Source: Acidobacteriota bacterium (GTDB lineage: Bacteria; Acidobacteriota; UBA6911; RPQK01; JAJDTT01). Taken from it: DNA of 64,000 nucleotides. The notes beneath the pieces are model-generated. The model worked only from the letters and a program-made list of their open reading frames with translations, had not been told where the DNA came from and ran no database searches. A program made the translations under genes and the position numbers. Below are positions 1-8,129 of the stretch, piece after piece. The DNA lies in assembly GCA_965209055.1 (NCBI GenBank), contig OZ242374.1, positions 4,832,001 through 4,896,000 of the forward strand, given 5' to 3'. How positions within the stretch are numbered: position 1 is the stretch's first letter; every line of letters begins with the position of its first letter.

Positions 1-395
1 TCGGAAAACTCGGTGCCGCTTTGCCCATGGGCCTTGAATTCCCGGGGGCTGCCCATGAGGGTGGCCGTGGGCTTCAGGAAAGCCTGCTTCAAGTTTTTTC
101 TCAGGGAAACAGGCAACTGCTGTCCGTGCCACTTCTTCAGGGCCGGTTTAGGGTCCATGAGATCGATCTGGCTGGGTCCCCCCGACATGTAGAGGAAGAT
201 CACGTGCTTGGCCGTGGCCGGGAAATGGGGTCCCCTGGGTTCCAGCGGATTCACCACGCCGTTCCCGTTGGGCACGGCGGCCGTCAGTCCTTCGCTGGCC
301 ATGAGATGGGCCAGGGCGAGGGAGCCGAACCCGGCGGCTGTCCGCTCCAGAAACAGGCGCCGGTTCGACATGGGTCCAAAGCGATCAGCGTTCAT
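1..395 (-). CDS. DUF1501 domain protein (sulfatase-like), 5' part only; runs off the window edge
   Basis: Manual translation from ATG at 395: MNADRFGPMSNRRLFLERTAAGFGSLALAHL...PHFPATAKHVIFLYMSGGPSQIDLMDPKP. Has a Tat-like RR, the DUF1501 N-terminal motif, and sits directly after a PSD1 gene. Confidence 0.85.
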   Translation of the reverse strand, partial: MNADRFGPMSNRRLFLERTAAGFGSLALAHLMASEGLTAAVPNGNGVVNPLEPRGPHFPATAKHVIFLYMSGGPSQIDLMDPKPALKKWHGQQLPVSLRKNLKQAFLKPTATLMGSPREFKAHGQSGTEFS

Positions 396-399
396 GGAA

Positions 400-3000
400 C
401 TACTCCCGGGTAATGAACTCGTCCAGGTTCAAGAGAATCCGGCTGGCGCCGACCCAGGAGGCCGCTGCCGAAGGAGCGAGACCGGGAAATTCAACCGGAA
501 GGGTCAACTGCGCCAATTCCTGCTCCTTCTCCAGGATTTCGGTTTGGCGGCGCATGGCTGTCTCCAACCAATCCAACTCCTCTTCCGCGGGTGAGCGGGC
601 GAGACAGAGCCGGAAGGCATGTTCGAGGCGCGCCCGAGGATCCTCTGGTCCCTCCGTCAGGATCCGAACCGCCAGCGCCTGGGCCGCCTCGAAGAAAACC
701 TCGTCGTTGAGCAGATTCAGAGCCTGCAGCGGAGAGTTGGACCGGCCTCGGCGACACACGGCCTCATACCCCCCCGGCATGTCGAAATTGGCCAGGAACG
801 GATAGGGGAACATGCGCTGGTACTGGATGTATAGACCGCGGCGATAGCGGTCCTGCCCCTCGCTCTCCACCCACTTCCGCCGTTGCATCTTCCCGCCGGG
901 CTGGGGCGGACGAACGCTCTTGCCCCCCACGGCGGGATTCAAGAGGCCGCTCACGGCGAGAGCCGAATCGCGGATCAACTCCGCCGGCAACCGCATCCGC
1001 GTCTGCCGAGCCAGCAGGACGTTGTCCGGGTCGCTGGACTGCAGTTCCGGCCGGACCGCAGAGGATTGACGATAGGCGGCGGACATCACCATGGTCTTGA
1101 TGGCGCCCTTCAGGCTCCAGCCGTTCTCGCGGAAATCGCTGGCGAGCCAGTCCAGAAGTTGGGGATGAGACGGTTCTTCTCCCTGGAGCCCGAAATTCTC
1201 CGTGGTGAAGACGAGGCCGCGTCCGAACAGCTCCTGCCACAGGCGGTTGACCGTCACTCTCGCCGTGAGGGGATTCTCGGGACTGATGATCCAATCGGCC
1301 AGACGCTTCCTGGGAGGAGACGAATCGTCCACCTCCGGGTGCAGAAATCCGGGCACGCCCGGCTCCACGGGATCCCCCATGCGGTTGAACTCGCCACGGA
1401 CGTGAATATGGGTGGAACGGCCGTCCGCCTCGGTGGCGATGGTCTGTGCCTGGCTCAGAGCCGGGAACCCGGCCTCCAACTCCTTGAGCTTCTTCAGCAG
1501 CTCCCCAAACTTGAGCTTTTCCTCGTAGACCTTCTTGGGCACCACCTGGCTGGAGTAGCGGACGAAGTGCTCGGTAAGGATCTTGGCTTCCTTCTCGCTC
1601 CTATCCGACGGGTCCTTCCGCAGGATCTTCTCCCCCATCCCGTACACCGGATGCATGTCGCCGACCCGGACCGTCCCCACCGCCTTGTCCCAGTTCTGCC
1701 ACCGGCCCGGATTGGCCATGGCCTCCATCAGCTTGGCCTCCCACGCCGGCTGGAGCTCGGGCACCCGGTACTCGGCCAACAACTCGGCTCGCTTTTTCCG
1801 ATAGGAGGCCACCTCCCGCAAGTAGGGCCCTATTTCCCCCGGCAAAGGAGCGTCGATGTTCACCTCCTCCGCGTCATTGAAGAAGGAGAAAAGCCGGTAG
1901 TAGTCCTTCTGGCTCAAGGGATCGTACTTGTGATCGTGGCACTGGGCGCACCCCACCGTGAGTCCCAGCCAGACCGTCCCCACCGTGTTGATCCGGTTGA
2001 TCACCTGCTCGAAGCGGAACTGCACCATGTTGGTCCCGCCCTCGCGGTTGCTGGGGGTATTGCGGTGGAACCCGGTGGCCACCCTGGCCTCGATTCCGCC
2101 GTCCGGGAGCAGGTCTCCGGCGATCTGCTCCACGGTGAACCGATCGAAGGGCATATCCCGGTTCAGGGCCTGGATGACCCAGTGCCGATAGCGCCAGGCG
2201 TGGCGCCGGAAATCGTCCTGGCGGTAGCCGTCGCTGTCGGAATACCGGGCCAGATCCAACCAGTGGCGGGCCCACTTCTCCCCAAAGTGGGACGACTCCA
2301 GAAGGCGGTCCACGGCATTCTCATAAGCTCTATCGACATCCTCCGACAGAAAGGCGTCCGACTCAGTGAGCGTCGGAGGGAGCCCCGTGAGATCCAGGCT
2401 GAGGCGCCGAAGGAGCGTGGACCTGTCCGCTTCGGGCGAAGGCCGGATGCCCTCGGCCTCCAATTTGGCCAGGACGAACCGGTCCACCGGGTTCCGGACC
2501 CAGGACGCCTCCTTCACCGCAGGCGGAACGGGGCGGATGAGGGACCGGAAAGCCCAGTGCGAAGACTCGGTTCGCGCCTTTTCCGGACCCGCGTCAGCGT
2601 CGAGCTCCGGCCAGCGGGCGCCCTGGTCGATCCAGGCGCGCAGGAGCCCGACTTCATCGGAAGAGAGCCCCTTTCCTCCAGGCGGCATGACCTGATCCGG
2701 GATCACACCGGCGACGAGTTGGATGAGCCGGCTTCGAGAGCTGTCCCCGGGCCGAATCACGGCGCCCGACTCTCCTCCCCGCAACGCGTCTTCGGCCCGG
2801 TCGAGCCGCAGGCCCTTCATCTGCTGCTGCGGGCCGTGACAGAGGTAGCAGCGGCTCTCCAGCAACGGCGCCACGTCCCTCGAGTAATCGACGGTCTTCC
2901 CGGCCGGCGGCGGCAGGTCGGACGACTCCTCCGGCAGCGGTGCGGCCAAGCCGGCCGACAACAGGCAAATGGTCAGGCTTACGAGGTTGAAAGGCTTCAA
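400..3000 (-). CDS. PSD1/DUF1553 + DUF1549 protein with planctomycete-type cytochrome c domain
   Basis: Signal peptide; CYLCH and CAQCHDHK heme motifs; HWLDLARY and PLTARVTVNRLWQ motifs; C-terminal LLNLDEFITRE. Confidence 0.9.
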   Translation of the reverse strand: MKPFNLVSLTICLLSAGLAAPLPEESSDLPPPAGKTVDYSRDVAPLLESRCYLCHGPQQQMKGLRLDRAEDALRGGESGAVIRPGDSSRSRLIQLVAGVIPDQVMPPGGKGLSSDEVGLLRAWIDQGARWPELDADAGPEKARTESSHWAFRSLIRPVPPAVKEASWVRNPVDRFVLAKLEAEGIRPSPEADRSTLLRRLSLDLTGLPPTLTESDAFLSEDVDRAYENAVDRLLESSHFGEKWARHWLDLARYSDSDGYRQDDFRRHAWRYRHWVIQALNRDMPFDRFTVEQIAGDLLPDGGIEARVATGFHRNTPSNREGGTNMVQFRFEQVINRINTVGTVWLGLTVGCAQCHDHKYDPLSQKDYYRLFSFFNDAEEVNIDAPLPGEIGPYLREVASYRKKRAELLAEYRVPELQPAWEAKLMEAMANPGRWQNWDKAVGTVRVGDMHPVYGMGEKILRKDPSDRSEKEAKILTEHFVRYSSQVVPKKVYEEKLKFGELLKKLKELEAGFPALSQAQTIATEADGRSTHIHVRGEFNRMGDPVEPGVPGFLHPEVDDSSPPRKRLADWIISPENPLTARVTVNRLWQELFGRGLVFTTENFGLQGEEPSHPQLLDWLASDFRENGWSLKGAIKTMVMSAAYRQSSAVRPELQSSDPDNVLLARQTRMRLPAELIRDSALAVSGLLNPAVGGKSVRPPQPGGKMQRRKWVESEGQDRYRRGLYIQYQRMFPYPFLANFDMPGGYEAVCRRGRSNSPLQALNLLNDEVFFEAAQALAVRILTEGPEDPRARLEHAFRLCLARSPAEEELDWLETAMRRQTEILEKEQELAQLTLPVEFPGLAPSAAASWVGASRILLNLDEFITRE

Positions 3001-3076
3001 GAGATTCTTCCCGGACTGGGCTAGTTCCTACATGGAATCAGCGTCAAAAGTCAACCGCGGCAAGGCCTTCATGGCG

Positions 3077-4579
3077 TCATTGGAACCGGATCGAATAGAG
3101 GTCGCCGTCCCGGACCAGCATACGTAGGCGCACGGCCTGGCCGGCCAGATGGGACAGATCCGAGCCCCGGTCCCAGGTGACGACCTGCTCGATGCTGTTG
3201 CCGAAATGCTCCACCGCCTGCATCAGGCCATATCCCGGCAACGGGCTGCCGTCTTCGTCCTGAATCTCCACCCGAACGCTTCCCGCCGCCGACGTGGCGT
3301 AGTTCATGACCAGGTTCTTGCCCTGGAAGATCAGGGGCCGGGTCACCAGTTCCCCGCCCCCGTAGGTGGCGTTGACGGAGACGAAACCGTCGGCGCGCAG
3401 GACTCCCCGGCGCAGATTGATGCTGGGGAGCCGAAAGTGCCTCAGCACATAGACCGACATCTCGTCGGGCCCGGTCGGCACCAGGCCGGCCGCCACGTAG
3501 TTGCTCCGGTCGGTCCAGTCGAGGGGATCCGACCCGGGGCGGACAAAGGCCTCCAGGTAACGCCGGTCCCAGTTCGCGCCGTCGCGGCTGAACATGAAGA
3601 CCGAGTCGGAGAGGCCGATTCCACGAAGGGAGTCGTATTTCTCCGGCAGCCCGGAGTTCCGGTACTTCAACAGTCTCTTGGGAAAAGCCACGTAGATGTG
3701 CGGCGCCCTGAAATAGGGCGTCGCGGAGAAGGTGTAGAGCTGATCCGGCGGAGCTTCTCCCATGTCGATCCAATCGGGGTAGCTCCAGTTGGCAAAATCT
3801 TCGGACGTCGCTACCCGGACGCTCCGGGTCCTTTCGCCGAGTCCCGGCGACAGGTACATGTCCCGAATATAGGCCTGGTAGCGCTCCCGTCCGGCGTCCC
3901 AGAAGATCACGTTGTGGCTGTCGAAGCCGTTGATCATGGGGACCGTGGACATGCCGTGCTTCATGTAGGGCTCGCTGCCCTTGGCCTTCCAGTGGATTCC
4001 GTCGGCGGATACGAGGAGGTAGAGCCCGCGGTTGATGCCCCCCACTCCCTTGTATTGTTCCTCCGGCGCCACCTGGGGATTGCTGTCCCGAAAGGCGAAG
4101 AAATTGCTGGTGGGGCTCCCCCAGTCCCCTGGGGGTCCGGTGAGGATGATGTTGTTCTCCTTGCTCCCTTCGAATTCGATGAGGCCCAGCTTGGGCCGGG
4201 TCCAATTCGTGCCGTCGCGGCTCTCGGCGTAACACGTGTTCATGGGCCACCCCTTGCCGCTGGCCGGCATGTCCCCGGCCCGCACGCACCGGTAGTACAT
4301 GCGGTAGAGGTCCCCGTCCTTGAAGACGGTGATGTAGTGATTGCCGGGCCCTTCCCAGGGAGCGTCGAACTTGAGCACCGGATCGGTGAGCCGGGGCCGG
4401 TGCATGCGCAGGGAGAGGCCGCCGCTCATGCTTTCGATCAGGTAATCGTCGACGAAGGGTTCCAGGCGGGAGCCGATTTCGATGGGTTCGGTCGTCGACT
4501 TGTGGGCGCTGCCGGCCAGCGCCGCCGTTGAACCGAACACGAGAACGGCGAAAATGATGAATATCGGTCTTTTCCTCAT
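3077..4579 (-). CDS. Secreted beta-propeller glycoside hydrolase-like protein
   Basis: Signal peptide; YRMYYR, YAESRDGTNW and SRDGANW (Asp-box-like) motifs; C-terminal LRADGFVS...GELVTRP...LYSIRF. Confidence 0.65.
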   Translation of the reverse strand: MRKRPIFIIFAVLVFGSTAALAGSAHKSTTEPIEIGSRLEPFVDDYLIESMSGGLSLRMHRPRLTDPVLKFDAPWEGPGNHYITVFKDGDLYRMYYRCVRAGDMPASGKGWPMNTCYAESRDGTNWTRPKLGLIEFEGSKENNIILTGPPGDWGSPTSNFFAFRDSNPQVAPEEQYKGVGGINRGLYLLVSADGIHWKAKGSEPYMKHGMSTVPMINGFDSHNVIFWDAGRERYQAYIRDMYLSPGLGERTRSVRVATSEDFANWSYPDWIDMGEAPPDQLYTFSATPYFRAPHIYVAFPKRLLKYRNSGLPEKYDSLRGIGLSDSVFMFSRDGANWDRRYLEAFVRPGSDPLDWTDRSNYVAAGLVPTGPDEMSVYVLRHFRLPSINLRRGVLRADGFVSVNATYGGGELVTRPLIFQGKNLVMNYATSAAGSVRVEIQDEDGSPLPGYGLMQAVEHFGNSIEQVVTWDRGSDLSHLAGQAVRLRMLVRDGDLYSIRFQ

Positions 4580-4719
4580 ATATTTCCTCCAGACTGGAGC
4601 ATTCTCGCAGATCCGGGTGTCCTCAGTCGGGATGTCACCATGAATGTTGCTGGTATGGTGAGTTGGTGTTATTGTGTGACGGTGTTAAATCACCGGTTCG
4701 AGAATACGGAGACCGAGTC

Positions 4720-4959
4720 ATGCCCCGCCTGACCATCAGCCTGACCGACCGCACCCACCGCGCGTTGAAGGAAGCCGCCGCGCGCCAACACCGATCCATG
4801 GGTTCAATCATTGAAGAAAGCCTCGTACTTCGAGGTCTTCAGACTTATGACACCGCCAGGGAGATCGTCGCCAAGGCGCGGGCTCATTCCAGACTGAATG
4901 ATGAGGACGCGACGGCCGTGGCCGTGAAGGAGACTCAACTCCACCGCGAAGGACGATAG
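4720..4959 (+). CDS. CopG/ribbon-helix-helix antitoxin
   Basis: MPRLTISLTDRTHRALKEAAARQHRSMGSIIEESL is an RHH pattern; lies upstream of a PIN gene. Confidence 0.75.
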   Translation: MPRLTISLTDRTHRALKEAAARQHRSMGSIIEESLVLRGLQTYDTAREIVAKARAHSRLNDEDATAVAVKETQLHREGR

Positions 4960-5005
4960 CGCGACCGGCGCATGCTGCCGGGCGCTGGGGGGAACAACGG
5001 ATCCG

Positions 5006-5440
5006 ATGACCCGGCACCTCTTCGTCGTGGACACCAACGTCATCGTGTCCGGGCTTATCGTTGCCGACGCGATCAGCCCCCCCGCACGCATCCTGGACGC
5101 CATGTTGGATGGAGACCTTCTGTATCTGATGTCCAGCGATCTGCTGGCGGAATACTCAGCCGGTTTGCGGCGTCCCCGAATCGCCCGATTGCACGGCCGA
5201 GCAGACGACGAGTTGGACCGGCTGCTCACCGAATTGACGGCAAACGCCGTCTGGCGCCACCCTTCCTCCGGTCCTTCCGCTCCAGAATCCGGCGACGACC
5301 ATTTGTGGGCATTGCTCTCTTCCTGGCCGGGTAGCCGGCTCGTTACCGGTGACCGGCTGTTGGTTGAGAACCCCCCGGCCACCGCCGTCGTCGCAACTCC
5401 TCGTCAAGTGGTGGACAGCTTCCTCGCGACAAGGGAGTAA
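5006..5440 (+). CDS. PIN-domain putative toxin
   Basis: VVDTNVIVSGL, LLAEY, DDHL and LVTGDRLL motifs. Confidence 0.8.
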   Translation: MTRHLFVVDTNVIVSGLIVADAISPPARILDAMLDGDLLYLMSSDLLAEYSAGLRRPRIARLHGRADDELDRLLTELTANAVWRHPSSGPSAPESGDDHLWALLSSWPGSRLVTGDRLLVENPPATAVVATPRQVVDSFLATRE

Positions 5441-5482
5441 AATGTTTCGCCATCGGGTGGCGCCTGCCGGCAACCCGGAGGT

Positions 5483-5517
5483 TTGACAGAATTCATGCAG
5501 GTAATTACTGTAATTAC
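5483..5517 (+). promoter_or_regulatory. Sigma70-type promoter and probable operator of mazEF
   Basis: TTGACA (5483-88), 17 bp, TACTGT (5506-11). Two GTAATTAC palindromes at 5501-08 and 5510-17 overlap the -10. Confidence 0.7.
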
Positions 5518-5548
5518 CATCCCCAACGACTCGCGGGAGGTCACGAAA

Positions 5549-5803
5549 TTGAGCAGGAAAGCGGTCGCCAGAGAGGTGAAACTGATCGCCATCGGCAACT
5601 CCCAGGGCATCCGCCTTCCGAAGATACTGTTGCGAAAATATGGCTGGAGCGGCTCGCTCGTCCTGGAGGAGAGGGAGGACCGCATCGTGCTGCACGGCAA
5701 GGAAGGGGATCAGTTGTCCTGGGAGGACACCTATCGCGCCATGGCCCGCGAAAACGAAGTTTGGAGCGACCTGGACTCGACCGTCGCCGACGGTCTGGAT
5801 TGA
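5549..5803 (+). CDS. mazE: AbrB/MazE-family antitoxin
   Basis: KLIAIGNSQGIRLPK signature; TTG start after GGAGG; TGATG overlap with the toxin gene. Confidence 0.8.
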   Translation: MSRKAVAREVKLIAIGNSQGIRLPKILLRKYGWSGSLVLEEREDRIVLHGKEGDQLSWEDTYRAMARENEVWSDLDSTVADGLD

Positions 5804-6135
5804 TGGCGAGCTTTCCCAGGCGATACGCTATCTTCTTCGCTGATCTCAATCCCACATCAGGTGGCGGGATCCGCAAGGTGCGGCCCGTCGTGGTGGTCAG
5901 TCAGAATCAGATGAATCAGTTTCTGGATACGATTATCGTGTGTCCTCTGACTTCCACCCTGCATCCCCAGTGGCGGAGCCGCCTCCAGATTCAATGTGCG
6001 GGAAAGAGGGCTGAGATTGCAGTCGACCAGATTCGCGCCATCAGCAAGCAACGACTGGGGAACAAGCTTGACCGGCTGTCCGCCGACGGGGCGGCCCGGC
6101 TCCGGCGTATGATCACCGAGATGTACGGAGAGTAG
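5803..6135 (+). CDS. mazF: PemK/MazF endoribonuclease toxin
   Basis: DLNPTSGGGIRKVRPVVVVS, CPLTS and DQIRAISKQRL motifs. Confidence 0.88.
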   Translation: MASFPRRYAIFFADLNPTSGGGIRKVRPVVVVSQNQMNQFLDTIIVCPLTSTLHPQWRSRLQIQCAGKRAEIAVDQIRAISKQRLGNKLDRLSADGAARLRRMITEMYGE

Positions 6136-6144
6136 AGGTTCAAT

Positions 6145-7326
6145 ATGACAACGGACGTATCAGCGGCAGGCGCGGCGCCACTCGCCGGATCTCGCAGAAG
6201 TGCCTGGTTGTTGAACTACCTCCAAAGACGGTTGCAAGACAGCGCCATCGGGTTCGAGATGACGGCGCTTGACGGAAATACCCGCCGTTTCGGCGCCGGC
6301 CCCGCCAGCTTCAGGGTGAATATCACGCATCCGTCGGCGCTGAAGGCGATCGCCTCACTCGACGAGGGGACCATTGCACGGGCCTATGTGGACGGCTGGT
6401 TCGACGTCGACGGCGATTTCATCAAGATCTTCGACCTCCGCGAACAATTGCACGACCGGCACCCGTTCCATCGGCTCTGGCGGTTCGCCGCGCCCCTGTT
6501 GATGGGGCAGATCGCGGTCAACAAGTCGTCCATCAGGCGGCACTACGAACGGGATGCGGAATTCTTCCTGACCTTTCTGGACGAGAGTTTCCATTGCTAC
6601 ACCCAGGGCGTCTTCCTGTCGCCGGATGAGGATCTGGAGGTGGCGTTTCGCCGCAAGATGGATCACGTCGTCGAAGAGTGCCGGCTGGCTCCCGGGCGCC
6701 GGGTGCTGGAGGTCGGCCCCGGCTGGGGCGCGTTTGCGGCGTACGCGGCGCGTCAGGGGATCGAGGTGACGGGTGTCACGATTTCCACGAAGTCGCTCGA
6801 ATTCATGGATCGGCTGACCGCCCGGGAGGGTCTGCCCATCACCACCCTGCTGCGCGACTTCCTGGAGTTCGAGCCGGAGAAACAATTCGACGCCGTCGTG
6901 GTGCTGGGAATCATGGAGCATATGCCCGACTACCCGCGGGTCTTGGCGCGTCTTGACCGGGTGCTGAAGCCGGGTGGCCGGGTCTTTATCGATGCCGGCG
7001 CCTGTGACCGGAAGTACGAGATGTCGTCGTTCATTTCTCAGCAGATCTACCCAGGAAACAATTCGTTTCTCATACTCCACGATTTCTTGAAGTCGATGAC
7101 CTCTTTCCCGTTCGATTTGAAGGGCGTCTGGGACGACCGGATCAGCTACTACCGGACTTGCGTCGGCTGGGCCGAGCGCCTTGACTCCAACCGGGACTTC
7201 ATCGTCGAAAATTTTGGCGAGGCCGAATACCGGCGTTTTCGACTCTACCTGTGGGGATCGGCGCACTGCTTCCTGCGCAACCGGTTGCAGTGCTACCGGC
7301 TGGTGCTGGAAAAACACGCGTCCTGA
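6145..7326 (+). CDS. cfa: Cyclopropane-fatty-acyl-phospholipid synthase family SAM methyltransferase
   Basis: AYVDGWFDVDGD, IRRHYE, VLEVGPGWG, GIMEH, IYPG and YRRFRLYL motifs. Confidence 0.8.
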   Translation: MTTDVSAAGAAPLAGSRRSAWLLNYLQRRLQDSAIGFEMTALDGNTRRFGAGPASFRVNITHPSALKAIASLDEGTIARAYVDGWFDVDGDFIKIFDLREQLHDRHPFHRLWRFAAPLLMGQIAVNKSSIRRHYERDAEFFLTFLDESFHCYTQGVFLSPDEDLEVAFRRKMDHVVEECRLAPGRRVLEVGPGWGAFAAYAARQGIEVTGVTISTKSLEFMDRLTAREGLPITTLLRDFLEFEPEKQFDAVVVLGIMEHMPDYPRVLARLDRVLKPGGRVFIDAGACDRKYEMSSFISQQIYPGNNSFLILHDFLKSMTSFPFDLKGVWDDRISYYRTCVGWAERLDSNRDFIVENFGEAEYRRFRLYLWGSAHCFLRNRLQCYRLVLEKHAS

Positions 7327-7350
7327 CGCCGTCTTGGGGGATTCGCAGGA

Positions 7351-7737
7351 TCAAGCGACCAGGACGTCTGTCCGGGAAAAGTCCGCGCCTTTGAAAAGCA
7401 GCGGCTCGCCGCTCAACTCGGCGAGCGCATAGGCGAAGCAGTCTCCGAAATTCAACCCCGCCGGATGATTGCCCTTGCCGAAACGGCGCCAAGCCCGGCG
7501 AGCCGCGTCGGTATGTTCACGCGTTACCGGCACCAACTCGATTTCGGCTCTGGTCAGAAGCCGGTCGAGTTCGTGTCCGGCCGTCGTCCCGCCCCTGCTC
7601 TCGACGACAATCGCCGCCTCCAGCAATCCGACCGCCGACATGCGGCGGGGCCAAGCCGAGGCGATCGCTTGCTCATACCGGCGAGCGTCGGGTTCACCGA
7701 ACAAAACGGCCAGAATTGCGGAAGTATCGATGATCAT
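7351..7737 (-). CDS. vapC: VapC PIN toxin
   Basis: MIIDTSAILAVL...FGKGNHPAGLNFGDCFAYALA...LLFKGADF. Confidence 0.92.
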   Translation of the reverse strand: MIIDTSAILAVLFGEPDARRYEQAIASAWPRRMSAVGLLEAAIVVESRGGTTAGHELDRLLTRAEIELVPVTREHTDAARRAWRRFGKGNHPAGLNFGDCFAYALAELSGEPLLFKGADFSRTDVLVA

Positions 7738-7991
7738 TTGGGCAAGCCTCTATCATCGTAGAGCAGCTCACCATGATCCGTAGCCGAGGGTCCCGCCGCA
7801 ATTAAACGAGAGCAGCGTTGTCCGATGGCGTGAAGTTCTCGAGCCAGGGTCTCGGAACTGTGCCGGTGGTTTTCCCTGTCGAGCCGCTCGCGCAGCGCAA
7901 TAGTGATTGCCCCCGTCATGGTTTCGCCGGTCAGGCGGGCAAGTTTGCGGGCCAATCGGCAGGTTTCCTCGTTCTTGATGTTGAGACCCAT
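7734..7991 (-). CDS. vapB: VapB antitoxin (Rv0623-like)
   Basis: MGLNIKNEETCRLARKLARLTGETMTGAITIALRERL...LYDDRGLPK; ATGA overlap with vapC. Confidence 0.88.
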   Translation of the reverse strand: MGLNIKNEETCRLARKLARLTGETMTGAITIALRERLDRENHRHSSETLARELHAIGQRCSRLIAAGPSATDHGELLYDDRGLPK

Positions 7992-8011
7992 GGAACTCCC
8001 TTTGATAGAAG

Positions 8012-8042
8012 AGGGTAGAAAACCGCTAAATGTTTCTACCCT
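8012..8042. promoter_or_regulatory. Inverted repeat, probable vapBC operator
   Basis: AGGGTAGAAA-N11-TTTCTACCCT just upstream of vapB. Confidence 0.6.
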
Positions 8043-8129
8043 GGTCCTGTCCTCGGCGTCAACAGCACTTGTGTCGCTGATTCTTGCCAGATGACACCGC
8101 CTTGGCCCAAAATGGCGCTGGGTCCCACC

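Noticed and set aside
883-3024. Long antisense ORFs (also 8649-10520, 19215-21224, 27804-30326, 35446-37068, 44153-45382)
   Set aside because: Shadow frames of well-supported genes in high-GC DNA; no motifs of their own.
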